NCBI RefSeq assembly: GCF_964188315.1 | Contig: NC_135656.1 | Location: forward strand, 74,276,001-74,340,000 | Origin: Podarcis muralis | Lineage: Eukaryota | DNA: 64,000 nucleotides | Reading direction: 5' to 3' | Shown: piece after piece, positions 1 through 11,532 of the stretch | Position numbering within the stretch: the stretch's first letter is position 1 | Layout: every line of letters begins with the position of its first letter | Program-made: the position numbers and the translations under genes | Notes under the pieces: generated by a model | What the model was told of the DNA's origin: nothing | The model's input: only the letters and a program-made list of their open reading frames with translations | Databases searched by the model: none

Positions 1-186
1 CTTGGATCTTGCTTGCAGGTTTCCCACAAGGCAGTTGGAGGCAGAAATGCTTCTACCAGTGGCTGGGAACTGCAGGTGGGGAGACAGCAGTTGCGCCCAT
101 GTCTGGCTTTCAGGTTTCTACAGGTTGGCCACCATGAGAACAGGGTGCTGGACTAGATGGGCCATTGGCCTAATGCTGCAGGCTCC
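1..186 (+). mobile_element. CR1-type LINE 3'UTR fragment (squamate), truncated by the window edge
   Basis: Contains 'ggccaccatgagaacagggtgctggactagatgggccattggcct', which resembles the squamate CR1 3' end. A similar sequence is at 21546-21735. Confidence 0.55.
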
Positions 187-189
187 TCT

Positions 190-521
190 TACGGCCTTGG
201 CCCAGTATACCTGAAGGAGTGTCTCCACCCCCATCGTTCAGCCCAGACACTGAGGTCCAGCTCCGAGGGCCTTCTGGAGGTTCGCTCCTTGAGAGAAGTC
301 AGGTTACAGGGAACCAGGCAGAGGGCCTTCTTGGTAGTGGCACCTGCCCTGTGGAACGCCCTCCCACCAGATGTCAAGGAAATAAATAACTACCTGACTT
401 TTAGAAGACATCTGAAGGCAGCCCTGTTTAGGGAAGTTCTTAATGTTTGATGTTTTTAATGTTCTGTTGGAAGCCACCCAGAGTGGCTGGGGAGGCCTGG
501 CCAGATGGGTATAAGTAATAA

Positions 522-554
<33 letters not shown>
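190..554 (+). mobile_element. L2 LINE 3' end (ORF2 C-terminus, 3'UTR and (ATT)n tail)
   Basis: ORF 157..450 contains RAFLVVAPALWNALP...TFRRHLKAALF, typical of the L2 ORF2 C-terminus. It is followed by a 3'UTR and a (TTA)n tail at ~522-554. Confidence 0.85.
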
Positions 555-1639
555 GGCAAGGGGCATGAATTAAGGAGGTATGTGGCTGTGGCTATCATGA
601 GGGGGCCCTGCATTTCTGAATTTGCCCACTACACTACTCACCACAGAGCAGGGGTGAGGAACCACCCACATTCCAGCCACACAAAAGGCCAAAGGCTTTT
701 ACACTGCTGTCACCACACACCACAAGAAAGAGATGTTATTGCAGGTCAAGGCCACATTCCAATGAGGCAAAAGCGCTTGAAGGTGCGGAACAGGGGCCAG
801 AGGCCTGGTATTTGGCCTCTGGGCTTGGCGTTCTCCCCACCCGATGAATGCTGGGTGACATGGACAGAAAGTTTGACCTGACATTAAGCAGCTTCCTCTG
901 TTCCTGAGATCACACAGAAGCTTGACAGGCTTTTAAGAAAGGAGGGAACCTACCTGAGGGGCACCAAAGCCAACGGTGTGGGCCCCTGTCTGCTTCCCCT
1001 GCCCTTTCCACCCCTTTCAATCCATCACAGCTTAGCCTTTGTGTCAGATTTAACAGCATGACCTAATAGTTACCGCTGGGAAAGCCTCCTGTCATTGTGG
1101 AGGATACAAGATGACTCACAAGACAGAAGGGCTGATAGTTTCAAGGAGCTGAAAGTTAATGCCACCATATAAAGCATTATTGTCTTATCACAGAAATCCT
1201 TCTGTCCTGGGGAGCACAGCTGCAATGAAAATAAATGCGCCCTTTCTCCCCCGTTTATTTATTTTATAATCGTGGGCCTCAATAAAGCTCTGTCACGTGT
1301 GGCACTTGCTCTCTGATGGCATTCACTGAGTCCCACAAGCGGAATTCTAACTTCCATTTTTGCTTCACATCTCCCCCAGCAAGGAGTTATGTGTAAGAGG
1401 AGGCATTCAGGGATCAAAGTTAGGATTGGCACTCCCCCATCCCCCAAGCAGTCCTCGCTCACTGACGTTAATGCTTCTGATGCTGATATAATGAGGATAA
1501 TGACTGAAACGAAATGGTTTAAAAGGTTGTGAGCAGGGCTTTCTTTCCAGGTTTGCATAGCGTTTACTCCTTAGCCTTGTCTTCTCCTGAAGATGTCCCG
1601 CAAGGCAGCAGGTACAGATTTTTTCCTTGGGGTTTACTT

Positions 1640-2359
1640 TAAGGTTACCAGATGTTCCCATTTCCCGGGGACAGTCCCCGGATTTGTGAATAAGTCCCCG
1701 GACAAATTCCATCCCCGGAATGTCCCCGGATTTCATCTAACGTCCCTGGGAAACGCAGCAGCGGCAGTCTCAGCAGCCCGGAGCAGTTGGCTCTGGCTGG
1801 TTTCAGGAGCTGCTCGGAAGTCCCCATATGATGGTGGTGCAGGGGCTCTAAGATGCAGCTTCCAGGCTTCCTCCACCTTCCCTGACCCCAGCAACTAAGC
1901 TGTGAAGGGAGGCTTCATGCTGCCTATTGGAGTAGCCTCCCAACTTCTCCTTTGTGCAAGCAGGAGGGGGCACGGATCTCTCAGTTAGGTAGTGGGAAGC
2001 CTTCCTTCCCAGCTGAGGGATCCCTGCCCCCTCCTGCTTGCATGCAAGTAGGAACGGGATTGGGGCTGCTCCAATGGCCCCGCCGCTGCTGCTCTCGGCC
2101 CTCCTTCTCCACCTTCCATGCCTGACCCACCGTCCACCGCCCCCACCACCACTGTAGAACCAACAACTCAGGGGCTGTCCAGACTCATGGAGAAAGGAGA
2201 TAGAAGCCTCGGAGGAAGGGGAAACATGGCAGTTGAGGTCAAGGCTGCGGCCGCCTCTCTGCCACCGCCATCGCTGCAGCATCAACGTCCCGAACGTGCA
2301 GTATTTATTTATTTATTTAAAGTGTCCTCAGATTCATTGAAAAAAACCTGGTAACCTTA
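1640..2359. mobile_element. Non-autonomous hAT (Blackjack-like) DNA transposon, 720 bp
   Basis: Perfect 12-bp TIRs TAAGGTTACCAG (1640-1651) / CTGGTAACCTTA (2348-2359). Subterminal GGGACAGTCCC/TGTCCCCGG motifs resemble Blackjack/MER81/MER94-type elements. No 8-bp TSD is recognisable. Confidence 0.7.
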
Positions 2360-2446
2360 CTCCCGAAGCCTTTCTCATGGGTGATTTAGGGACTTCCCCT
2401 GCATGTGAAGACAGACTCTGGTGGACTGAGCTGATGAGACCAATTG

Positions 2447-2582
2447 CAGACCCTCCAAGCGTCCCTCTTTTTCAGGGACAGTCCTGAATTTACAGACACC
2501 ATCCCAGTTTCTGATTTGATCCTGGAATATCCTTCTTTTCCTTAGGATGTTCCTATTTTCATCGGATAAATGTTGGAGGGTA
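2447..2582. mobile_element. hAT-type MITE (ACCCTCCAA...TTGGAGGGT termini)
   Basis: Inverted termini cagaccctccaag / tgttggagggta. Partial copies of the same family lie at 4384-4424 and 4987-5113. Confidence 0.7.
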
Positions 2583-2616
2583 CTGAGTTTTCCGACCCTC
2601 AAGCCATCTGAAGGCA

Positions 2617-2847
2617 CAGTGGTACCTCGGATTACAGACGCTTCAGGCTACAGACGCTTCAGGTTACAGACTCCGCTAACCCAGAAATAGTACCTCGGGT
2701 TAAGAACTTCGCTTCAGGTTGAGAACAGAAATCGTGTGGCGGCAGTGGGAGGCCCCATTAGCTAAAGTGGTGCTTCAGGTTAAGAACAGTTTCAGGTTAA
2801 GAACGGACCTCCAGAACGAATTAAGTTCTTAACCCGAGGTACCACTG
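2617..2847. mobile_element. Tc1/Mariner (Tigger-like) MITE
   Basis: TIRs CAGTGGTACCTCGG / CCGAGGTACCACTG. The 3' flank is TA and the 5' flank is CA (probably a mutated TA TSD). Confidence 0.85.
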
Positions 2848-4437
2848 TATAGGGAAGTTGTTTTTATGTCTGATGTATACAAATAACCCTGTTTGATTGC
2901 GCCCTACATCTCCCGTTGTGAAACCATCAGGTCTACTAGCATTCTGGTCAAAGAGGTGTTAGAAATACAACTGAAGAAAAATGAAGAATCTTGTGTTGCT
3001 AGACTACAACACCCATAACCCCTGAGCACTGGTCTCTGAGGCTGGGGCTGATGGGACTTGGAGTCTAGCAACAGTTGGAGGCTCAAGGGTTCCCTATCCC
3101 TTATGTGCACACTGAAGCAAAAACAAGGCAGAGTTTTCTCCCCTCAAGTGCTCAGCATTCCTTTACGCCTTGGAAAGGATTCCACCCCCTAGTTTGCTCT
3201 GATTTCCCTCTCTTGCTGAGAGCTGTCAGGGAAGAAGTCTCTGTGACTCATGGATACAAAGGGGTGGGGATCAAACAAGAGAGACTTTGGCACCAGCCAG
3301 AGATAATTCATGGCCGTACAGGTTCACTGTGCTCTGGGATGCTAACTGAGCTTCAAGAGCAGCTGCTCTTGAAAAGCTATAAATATGTCCCTGTAATAAT
3401 AGGATGAGAGGAGGAATTTCCCCACTTCTTACCTATCTTTTATCTGCACCTGGATCCGCTTGTGTGGTGCTCAAAGACTCCTTCTTTTGCTAGAGAAATC
3501 AAATGCACCACCTGCTTTTAATCTTGTGGAATTTTTAAACTTATTGTCCACAAAACACAAACACACTCTCGCAAGTGGAAACACGCCGCTCTCCTCAGCC
3601 TGCCATCTTGACAAGGCAATGAAACCCCTGGTTGGGCTGCTAAGAAGGGGCAACTCAACTCATTATCAGACATGGGAATTACCCTTTTTAGACATTAAAA
3701 CCCAATGCATGCAGAGGGTCTGGGATGAAGGTTTTCAAAACAAGAATAGTTCTGGGGAGAGCTAAAAATGAGTTTTTGCAGCGAGCAAGCTCGGTTTTCT
3801 GTAGATGGCATATGAGTCATCCTTTCTACTGTCCTTGATTTACACTAATGAAAGGCAGACGACACGTACTTGGCTCATGAAAGAGTCTTTCTTAAATCAG
3901 ATGTGAGGGACAGTATGGCCTTGAACGCTGTGCCAATGCAGGGGAAGAACAAGCAAGCACAAGGAGCACCAGCCACTCAGTGCCAGTCCGCATGGAGCAA
4001 CCTGCCCACCAAGTTTGCGAATGTGCAACAAAAGGCAGAATATACCCGTACATAAACCCCGGCTGAGAGCTAATGTGGGTAATGTCCAAGGTACTGGGCA
4101 GTGAACTGGAAAGTGCCCAGCTCGAGTCATATATCTGTCATTTATTTTTATCGATTTATTAGACTTGCTAGTTGCTTGTTACCCAAAGGGGTTATTTGTT
4201 TATTTCTTACATTTTTATGCCACCTTTCCCTCCAAGGAGCTCAATGTGACACAGTAGTTGTTTTCAGGACCAGTTTCACTAGCTCCACATGCTGAAAAAG
4301 GCAGTCACTTTTTGCCCTCTTCGAATAACTTTGCTAGAGCTATTACGAAGTGTAATGATCAGTTGTTGTTTTGATGAGTGTCCCATACCCTCCAACATTT
4401 ATCCGATGAAAATAGGGACATCCTATTGCAACAAGAA

Positions 4438-4786
4438 GGGACACGGGTGGCGCTGTGGGTTAAATCACAGAGCCTAGGGCTTGCCGATCAGAAGGTCGGC
4501 TGTTCGAATCCCCACGACGGGGTGAGCTCCCGTTCCTTGTTCCCTGCTCCTGCCAACTTAGCAGTTTGAAAGCATGAAGTGCAAGTAGATAAATAGGTAG
4601 CGCTCCAGCGGGAAGATAAACGGCCTTTCCGTGTGCTGCTCTGGTTCACCAGAAGCGGCTTAGTCATGCTGGCCAGATGACCTGGAAGCTGTACGCCGGC
4701 TTCCTCGGCCAATAAAGCGAGATGAGTGCCGCAACCCCAGAGTTGGTCATGACTGGACCTAATGGTCAGGGGTTCCTATACCTTTA
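4438..4786 (+). mobile_element. Sauria SINE, full length
   Basis: tRNA-like head GGGACACGGGTGGCGCTGTGGGTTAAA, conserved core and an (ACCTTT)n tail. Flanked by a 16-bp TSD with one mismatch: cctattgcaacaagaa (4422-4437) / cctattccaacaagaa (4787-4802). Confidence 0.92.
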
Positions 4787-7122
4787 CCTATTCCAACAAG
4801 AACAACAGTTTTATTATTTATACCCCGCCCATCTGAATGGGTTGCCCCAGCCACTCTGGGTGGCTTCCAATATAAATAAAAACATAATAAAACATTAACC
4901 ATTAAGATGTCTTCTCAAGGTTGCATAGTTACTTATCTCATTGGTTTGGGGTGTGTGTGGGGGTGTCTTATAACTCCATACTCTTCAGCATTTCTCCGAT
5001 GAAAATAGGGATGCCCTAAGGAAAAGCAGGATATTCTGGTTTCGAATTAGAACCCAGGGCAGCTTCTGTAAATCTGGGACTGTCCCTGGAAAATAAGGAC
5101 ACTTGGAGGGTCTGGTGTCCCCAAGACCCCGGGGAGTTTCAGGCCTTGCTGAATATTTTTCTCCCTCAGAAGTTTCTTCCCATTTCCAGTAAAATCTTAA
5201 ACGGTGCTCCTCCCTGTGTTCTCTGTACATTGGGAGTAAGGCATACAGAGTGCTTCAGACTAGTGAGATGACTTCACAGTGATTACAAGAGGAAGGAAAT
5301 CCACTTCACTCCCGTCTCAAGCATAAAGCAGAGTCCACGACATTAGCGCCCTATGTGCAATTAATTGAGCATGATGTGAGTGCTCTCGGGTGAGTCGCCC
5401 ACACTGGTTGAGCAAGAATAAATGTGCAGCGGTTAGTGTATTTGGGGAAGTAAGGTAATGAAACGCGTTGCTCAAAACCGTTTATTGTAAAACAACCTGG
5501 AGTGGTGGGGGAAGTGAGATCTTTTGCAAGGAGAGAGGCATTTATCATCAGCCCCCTTTGACAGAAGTGTAAATGCATGGAAGTGAGTCAGCGAGAGACT
5601 AGTTGGCCAACTTATTGGCAAACAAAACGACTTCTTTCTTGTGGTTATAAAGTCCTTTGCACTTTAGCAACTTCTATGCGTGTCTAATTTCGAGCAAATG
5701 TAAAGCACTTCTGAAAAACAAATTGCAGTGATTTGTGTAGGACAAAAAAATGATTCGTGTGTGCCTCAAATGTGCCCATTTCTGCTTATTAACTTGCAAC
5801 CATCTTGACAGTAAATCCTACAGTGGCTCAAAAAATGTGGCTTCCAGACTGTGCTATCCTTGGTTCTTGAATATATATTTAAAAAGGCATCTGCTGTTGC
5901 TTTACATTTCCTTTTCCCTTGAGTTTTCCTCCTCAGCACGTCAAGGAAGGTTATTGTGCATTATTTTTATAAATAATCTAAATAGATTTCTCTTCATAAA
6001 TGAGTGTTTGATTTATTGCCCGTGTTATTCAATCTTCACTTGGTGGATGTGTCCCTCTAGTAATCACTGCCAGGGCCAGGCTGCTGGATGATAGGCCTGG
6101 TTTTGTTGTGCACAAGTTGATTCAGGTCATAGCGACCGACAAGGTGAGGCACAGTGTCCTTGTTGTTCAGCTGGCTTCTTAATATGGAGGTTGCTGCTGG
6201 TAACTCAGAGGGAGAGGAATGAGGCTGGCAGGGAGATAGGGGCAGGGCAGGCATAGCAGCGAAGCCATTCTGCCACTGCTGGCACTGGGCCCACATCAAC
6301 CGCACAACAACCTTGCCACTCTTGGTTACTGGCAGAGACCTCTACGTTGGCAAGCCAGGTGAGCAAAGCCACCCCTTCCTCCCTGCCGGCTGCTGCTGGA
6401 TTTAAGTGGCCATGAACGAAAGAAAGCCTAATCCCCATTTAACGTTTGGAGTAGTAATTAGTTAGAAGAATTATATTTCTCACAGTGGACTTGAAATGAT
6501 GTTTTCAGGACAGAACCTTAACTTCTGTTTTCCTCCTTTCTTGTTCCAACCAGGTACCTATGAAGTCTTGTCGAATCCTGGGAACAAATTGCAGTACGTG
6601 TAATGGGGAAAAGCAAGGGCAACTTGACCTTTGCTGCCTGAAGCAGGATGGGTCGCCACCACCTACAGAATCTTCCCAGACTGGCAGCTGAATCTTATTT
6701 TTTTAAATCAACAACAACCACCTTTATTAACATTACTAACAAACCAAGAGTACAGTAGCAGGTTTTACAGCATACCATATAAAAAGCAAATGAACAATAA
6801 ATAATAACAGAAAGAAATGATGACACACCGATAGAAAACAAGGCATCCATATTTCACGAGCTGGTGTGGATGGTGAATGCTGAGCTTCTAAATCCAAAGC
6901 ATAGGAAATATAATCCCACCGAATGTCATAAAAGTGTCCTGGATCCTCAAAATCCCTAGAAAACACAGTTTATGTGGATTCCCCCGCCCCGCCCCGCCCC
7001 GCCCCACCCACAATAGCCAAATTCCATAGAGTCTTAGACCACACAGCCAAATGCAGATTTTTTAAAGTTTTCCATCGCTGAGCTATTGAAATTATTGCTG
7101 CAGTTTACATCCATGTCAAAAG

Positions 7123-7212
7123 CATCGCTGTCAACTTTTCCCTTTTCTAGCGAGGGATCCTATTTGGAATAAGGGAATTTCCCTTTAAAAAAGGGAAATG
7201 TTGACAGCTATG
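7123..7212. mobile_element. 90-bp palindromic hAT MITE with perfect 8-bp TSD
   Basis: TIRs CATCGCTGTCAAC / GTTGACAGCTATG. TSD GTCAAAAG at 7115-7122 and 7213-7220. Confidence 0.85.
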
Positions 7213-7254
7213 GTCAAAAGTTCTTTAGAGCGACCTTTCATGTTCTCCACCCTC

Positions 7255-7610
7255 ATATTCAGTAATGACAGTTGTGCCTAAACAGGTGATTTAATTGTTT
7301 TAGATATTTCTTGATATATCTGGGACTAGATTGATGAAACCTAAGGGCATTCCCACGAAAGACAGGAAGAATGCCCCTTGGAGCTCACAAACCCACCAGC
7401 AATCTTGTGTTGATTGCCAGGCAGTATGATGCCATCTATGCAGAACTTTGAAGGAACATTCCCTTACATATGCCGAAACAGATTTATAAGGTTTAGCCAG
7501 CCATAGCGATTTCCATTCAGATTCCTCTATCTGAACATTTAAATCTTTCTCCCAATAACATTTAAGGCTCGCCAAGGGATCAGTGGTAAGTTCCAAAAGC
7601 TCTTATGCAC
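7255..7610 (-). mobile_element. Degenerate L1/Tx1-like ORF2 C-terminal fragment
   Basis: ORF 7300..7596 (-) has LKCYWEKDLNVQIEESEWKSLW...FKVLHRWH...CWW, resembling the region before the L1 cysteine-rich domain. Confidence 0.65.
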
Positions 7611-10600
7611 ACCCGAGTCTGGTTTGGAGGCTGGAGGGGAGGGGGCGGACCCAGAAAAGATTGGCTACAGCCCTATGAGCTCTCCCAATAAGATTATGTG
7701 TCTGTAAACAATATGGAACACAACTTATGGATTTCTCTTTTGTCCTCTCGTAAACTGAAATACGATTTTTTCACGGTGTCAAGTCTAGAAAGGAGGAAGG
7801 CAGAAGATAAATTGGGATCTACTGATAGACAATTCGCACTGGATCAGCAAGTGTTTCTGGTTGTCTAACAATAGCAATAAATAAAAGGTTCCCCCCACTG
7901 CTAAAACAAGGGAATCTTATGGGAAAACGAGGAGTGGTTTCCCTCCCCTCACCTGGGCTGAACATATGCCATTAATTCTTTCTCAGCTTATGCCCACCCT
8001 TCCTGAGCCACTATTTTGGCTCTCATTGGCTAGTGAATAAAGTCAATCCTGCTAGCCTTAAGACTGCCCCACCCTAGCATAGGCTATGTAAGCCACCTGC
8101 TTGAAGGATCTGTGTGGTTTTGAAGTGAGAAAGCGGGTCAGCAAAGCAGTTGGCGAAAGTGTGAGCCTTGTGCTAATTAATACCGATTATCATCCCATTC
8201 AGCAGAAGTTGCTCATCAGTCAAACAACATAAGGCACTTCAAGAAGGGATGAGTCACTCTCATTGTGGAGTTGAATGTTATGAAATCCAGGGTGACTGAT
8301 GCATTAGATTGAGCTAAGCTCTTCAAACGGCCTGGAAACATAAAAAGGGGGCCTAAGCCCAGCTGTGGTGGAAGCAGAAGCAGCAACTGAATGGCTTCGA
8401 TAGAGTTGTGTGCCTGCTTTGCTCCATTATTGACTTTGGCCTCTAGCTGTTAAAACAACTCGGCATTCATACCTCAGTAAAGGACTAGGCTGGTTTGTGA
8501 ATGGAACACGCTGGAGACATGGCAGCAGAAGAAGAATGGGAGTGGCACTGAAGTAAAACAAAGCAGAAGGGCTAAGACATGAGCATGTGGTCTCCTCCTA
8601 CACCTGAAACACATTTTCTTCAGCTGACATAGTGGACAAGCAGGTCTCAGGAATGAGCAGACTTTCAAGACAACGTCCCCCCTTTTCTTCTACAATGTGA
8701 TTCAGCGTGCTATGTGTGCTACAGCGTTAGTTTAACCAACTACAGATGTCTGGTCAAATTCTGCCTAGAAATATAAACAGGCAGACAATAGGAAACCTAA
8801 AGCCAGCTGAAAAATATGACAGGCAGTTGCTGTTGGGACCGAACTAATCTCTAGCAGAAAGACCACTCAATAGGGCCCCTTGAGCCAAGGAATGGAAGGG
8901 GTGCATTGTGGGAAATGGCCTGTGGCCAGATCACATGAACCCTATTCACTTCTATGTGATTAATAAATGAACAATTACTCCTATGCAGACAGTCCTTGTG
9001 TAGATTATTCCTGCCCTTTTCATGGGAGAATAGATTGCATGAAAGGAGTTGTCATGCGGCGGGGGCTTGGCTGAAGGTTGTGCTCATGCTAATACTACTT
9101 CTGCAGTTTATGGATTACAGTTTCACAAACTAATAAAACAGCAGAGGCTGTAAGGATCTGAATGTCATCTAGTCATCCTTTTGTATTGTGGAAGGGTCCT
9201 CTGCACTAAGGAGCCAAGTGCTGGCCCTACTGTTAGGCAGAGTGGAGTAGGCTGGAAGTTTCTGGATATTGTTAAAGGGCAGAAAATTCCCAGCTAACTT
9301 TATTGTTTAACACAAAAAAATCCATTAGGATTTTCTGCCAAAACGTCTTGGCCCAGCCTTGCAAATATCCCAAAGTCCATGTAGATTTAGTTGAGATTCA
9401 GACTCACTGCAACTGAGACCAGATGTCTCTCTCTGGACTTCCAACTGCTTCCAGAGAGGGTACGGAAATATGAAGAAGTGGAAGAGGGTGATTTTGCTTT
9501 GTTGTGATTAGAACTGACAATGCGCCAAGATATAAAAGTGGATCAATTGTTTTAAGTGCACTAAATGGCATAGGAGGTTGTAAGCAACCCTGTAATATTC
9601 CTGGAAGATCCGTTACTTGGGTTGCTAAGGAAACAAGAAAGTAGACACATGGTGAATATTTTTACTTCTCCCGCCCACACTGGAAGTCACCTCCATCTGA
9701 CACACCTTTTCTTCTCTGTTTGGTGGGCTGAGACCTCCTCTGTTTGGACTGAAAAAGGCAGCGACTTCTAGTGACACAGCTGCAATCAAACTTCTCTTTA
9801 GATCCATGTGATGGTTGGAATTACTTTGCCCTTCAACACACAATACAACAACATCACAACATTTAATGGTTCAGACACACCTCTCCCAGTCTCCTTATTT
9901 CTTCTCAGTGGGATTCTTTTCTTAATAATTCCTCTTGCCTCAGTCCAGATCAAAGTAGAATATTCTAGTGCTGGAATGACTCATTTCCCCATATATATAT
10001 ATATATAGGAGTCACGATGTCTCCTTTGATAGGTGTCATTCATGCACTAAACACTGGCAGAAGTTATGACACAAGAGCATAATTAAATTCCCCAAAGGCA
10101 AAGGAAGAACCCTATTTCCAAGTTGTTTTCTTTGTTTTGTTAAGCAACCTGTTCTGGCGCAGATTATATTAATTTGTAGAGTCTACTGCAGACACTGGGC
10201 TGGAAGCATAATTAACATATATTTCCAATGGCAACGAGCACTTAATCCTTGCAAACAACAAATGTCTGAAACTAGAAATCAGTTTTAGCTCATTCATAAA
10301 TCTATAAACCACTCATCCAGATCCTTCTGAATAATCTGCTCTATTGCTTATGTTTTCCTTCGTTACAAACACCCTTCTAGTGCAGAAAATATACTAGCTC
10401 AGGATGCCTGAACCTCTGGTAGTTATGCAATGGTTTTGCCTTCAAACTTTTTAAATGTTGGCCCAGTTTGCATGCCCTGGTGAACCATTGTTAATTAACA
10501 CACCCTATCTGGGAGGTTTTGCTCTTCTCTGCTAGTGCATTGAGAATAGGAATCACAATCTTAGGTTTTGTGTTACTTTTGAACCAGGGATCATGGTTTG

Positions 10601-10832
10601 GAAAAGATCACAATCCTAAATCTGGATGTACTGCTAAGCCAGGGATTGCGATTTGTTTCCCAGTGCTAGTGGGGACAGGCAAAGTGGGTGTGACCAGCTT
10701 GTCTATGGTTTATGGCTTGTTTATGGTTTATGATGTGCAGACGTGGCCATTGTGTCATATTGCTGGAATTGTGGTCTTGTGAAGTTGTATGTTTTGTAAG
10801 CCACCTTGAATGTCCTGTAAAATGATCATATG

Positions 10833-10839
10833 AATAAAA

Positions 10840-10890
<51 letters not shown>
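10833..10890. repeat. (TAAA)n microsatellite, probably a LINE/SINE tail
   Basis: Direct reading of the sequence. Confidence 0.95.
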
Positions 10891-10891
<1 letters not shown>

Positions 10892-11144
10892 AGTGATATT
10901 AATTAGAGAAGCAGAAATTTCTTATCCTTCTTCCACTATCAATGCACTTGCTACAGTCAACAAAGGGGAATAACCCCAGACCAATCAAAACTAAGAGATA
11001 GTATACAAAGTCAGGACAAAAACCCTACAGGTTTTACTAAAGGTATCCTTATATACAAAAATAGCAACACAACAATAAAATAGAGATGAATATAGAACAG
11101 TGCTTTCAAGTGCTAAATATTAAGATAAGCCAGCTTCTAACTAA

Positions 11145-11316
11145 NNNNNNNNNNNNNNNNNNNNNNNNNNNNNNNNNNNNNNNNNNNNNNNNNNNNNNNN
11201 NNNNNNNNNNNNNNNNNNNNNNNNNNNNNNNNNNNNNNNNNNNNNNNNNNNNNNNNNNNNNNNNNNNNNNNNNNNNNNNNNNNNNNNNNNNNNNNNNNNN
11301 NNNNNNNNNNNNNNNN
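11145..11316. other. Assembly gap (172 N)
   Basis: Run of N. Confidence 0.99.
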
Positions 11317-11532
11317 AATCTGTTTTGGAAGTCCATTCTTAAACTGAAACTGTTATTAAACCAAGGCGCGCTTTCCCTAATGAGGCCTCCCGCCGTCGGT
11401 GCCCTTCCACCGTTCGGATTCCGTTCTTAGACCGAGGTAAAGTTAGCAAACCGGGACACTATTTCTGGTTTTGCGGAGTTCATAAACCGAATCGTTCATA
11501 AACAGGACTGTTCTTAAACCGAGGTACCACTG
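11317..11532. mobile_element. Tc1/Mariner MITE, right part; the left end is lost in the gap
   Basis: Ends in CCGAGGTACCACTG followed by TA, the same TIR as 2617-2847. Confidence 0.8.

Noticed and set aside
11086-11430. ORFs spanning the N gap
   Set aside because: Artefacts of translating through Ns.
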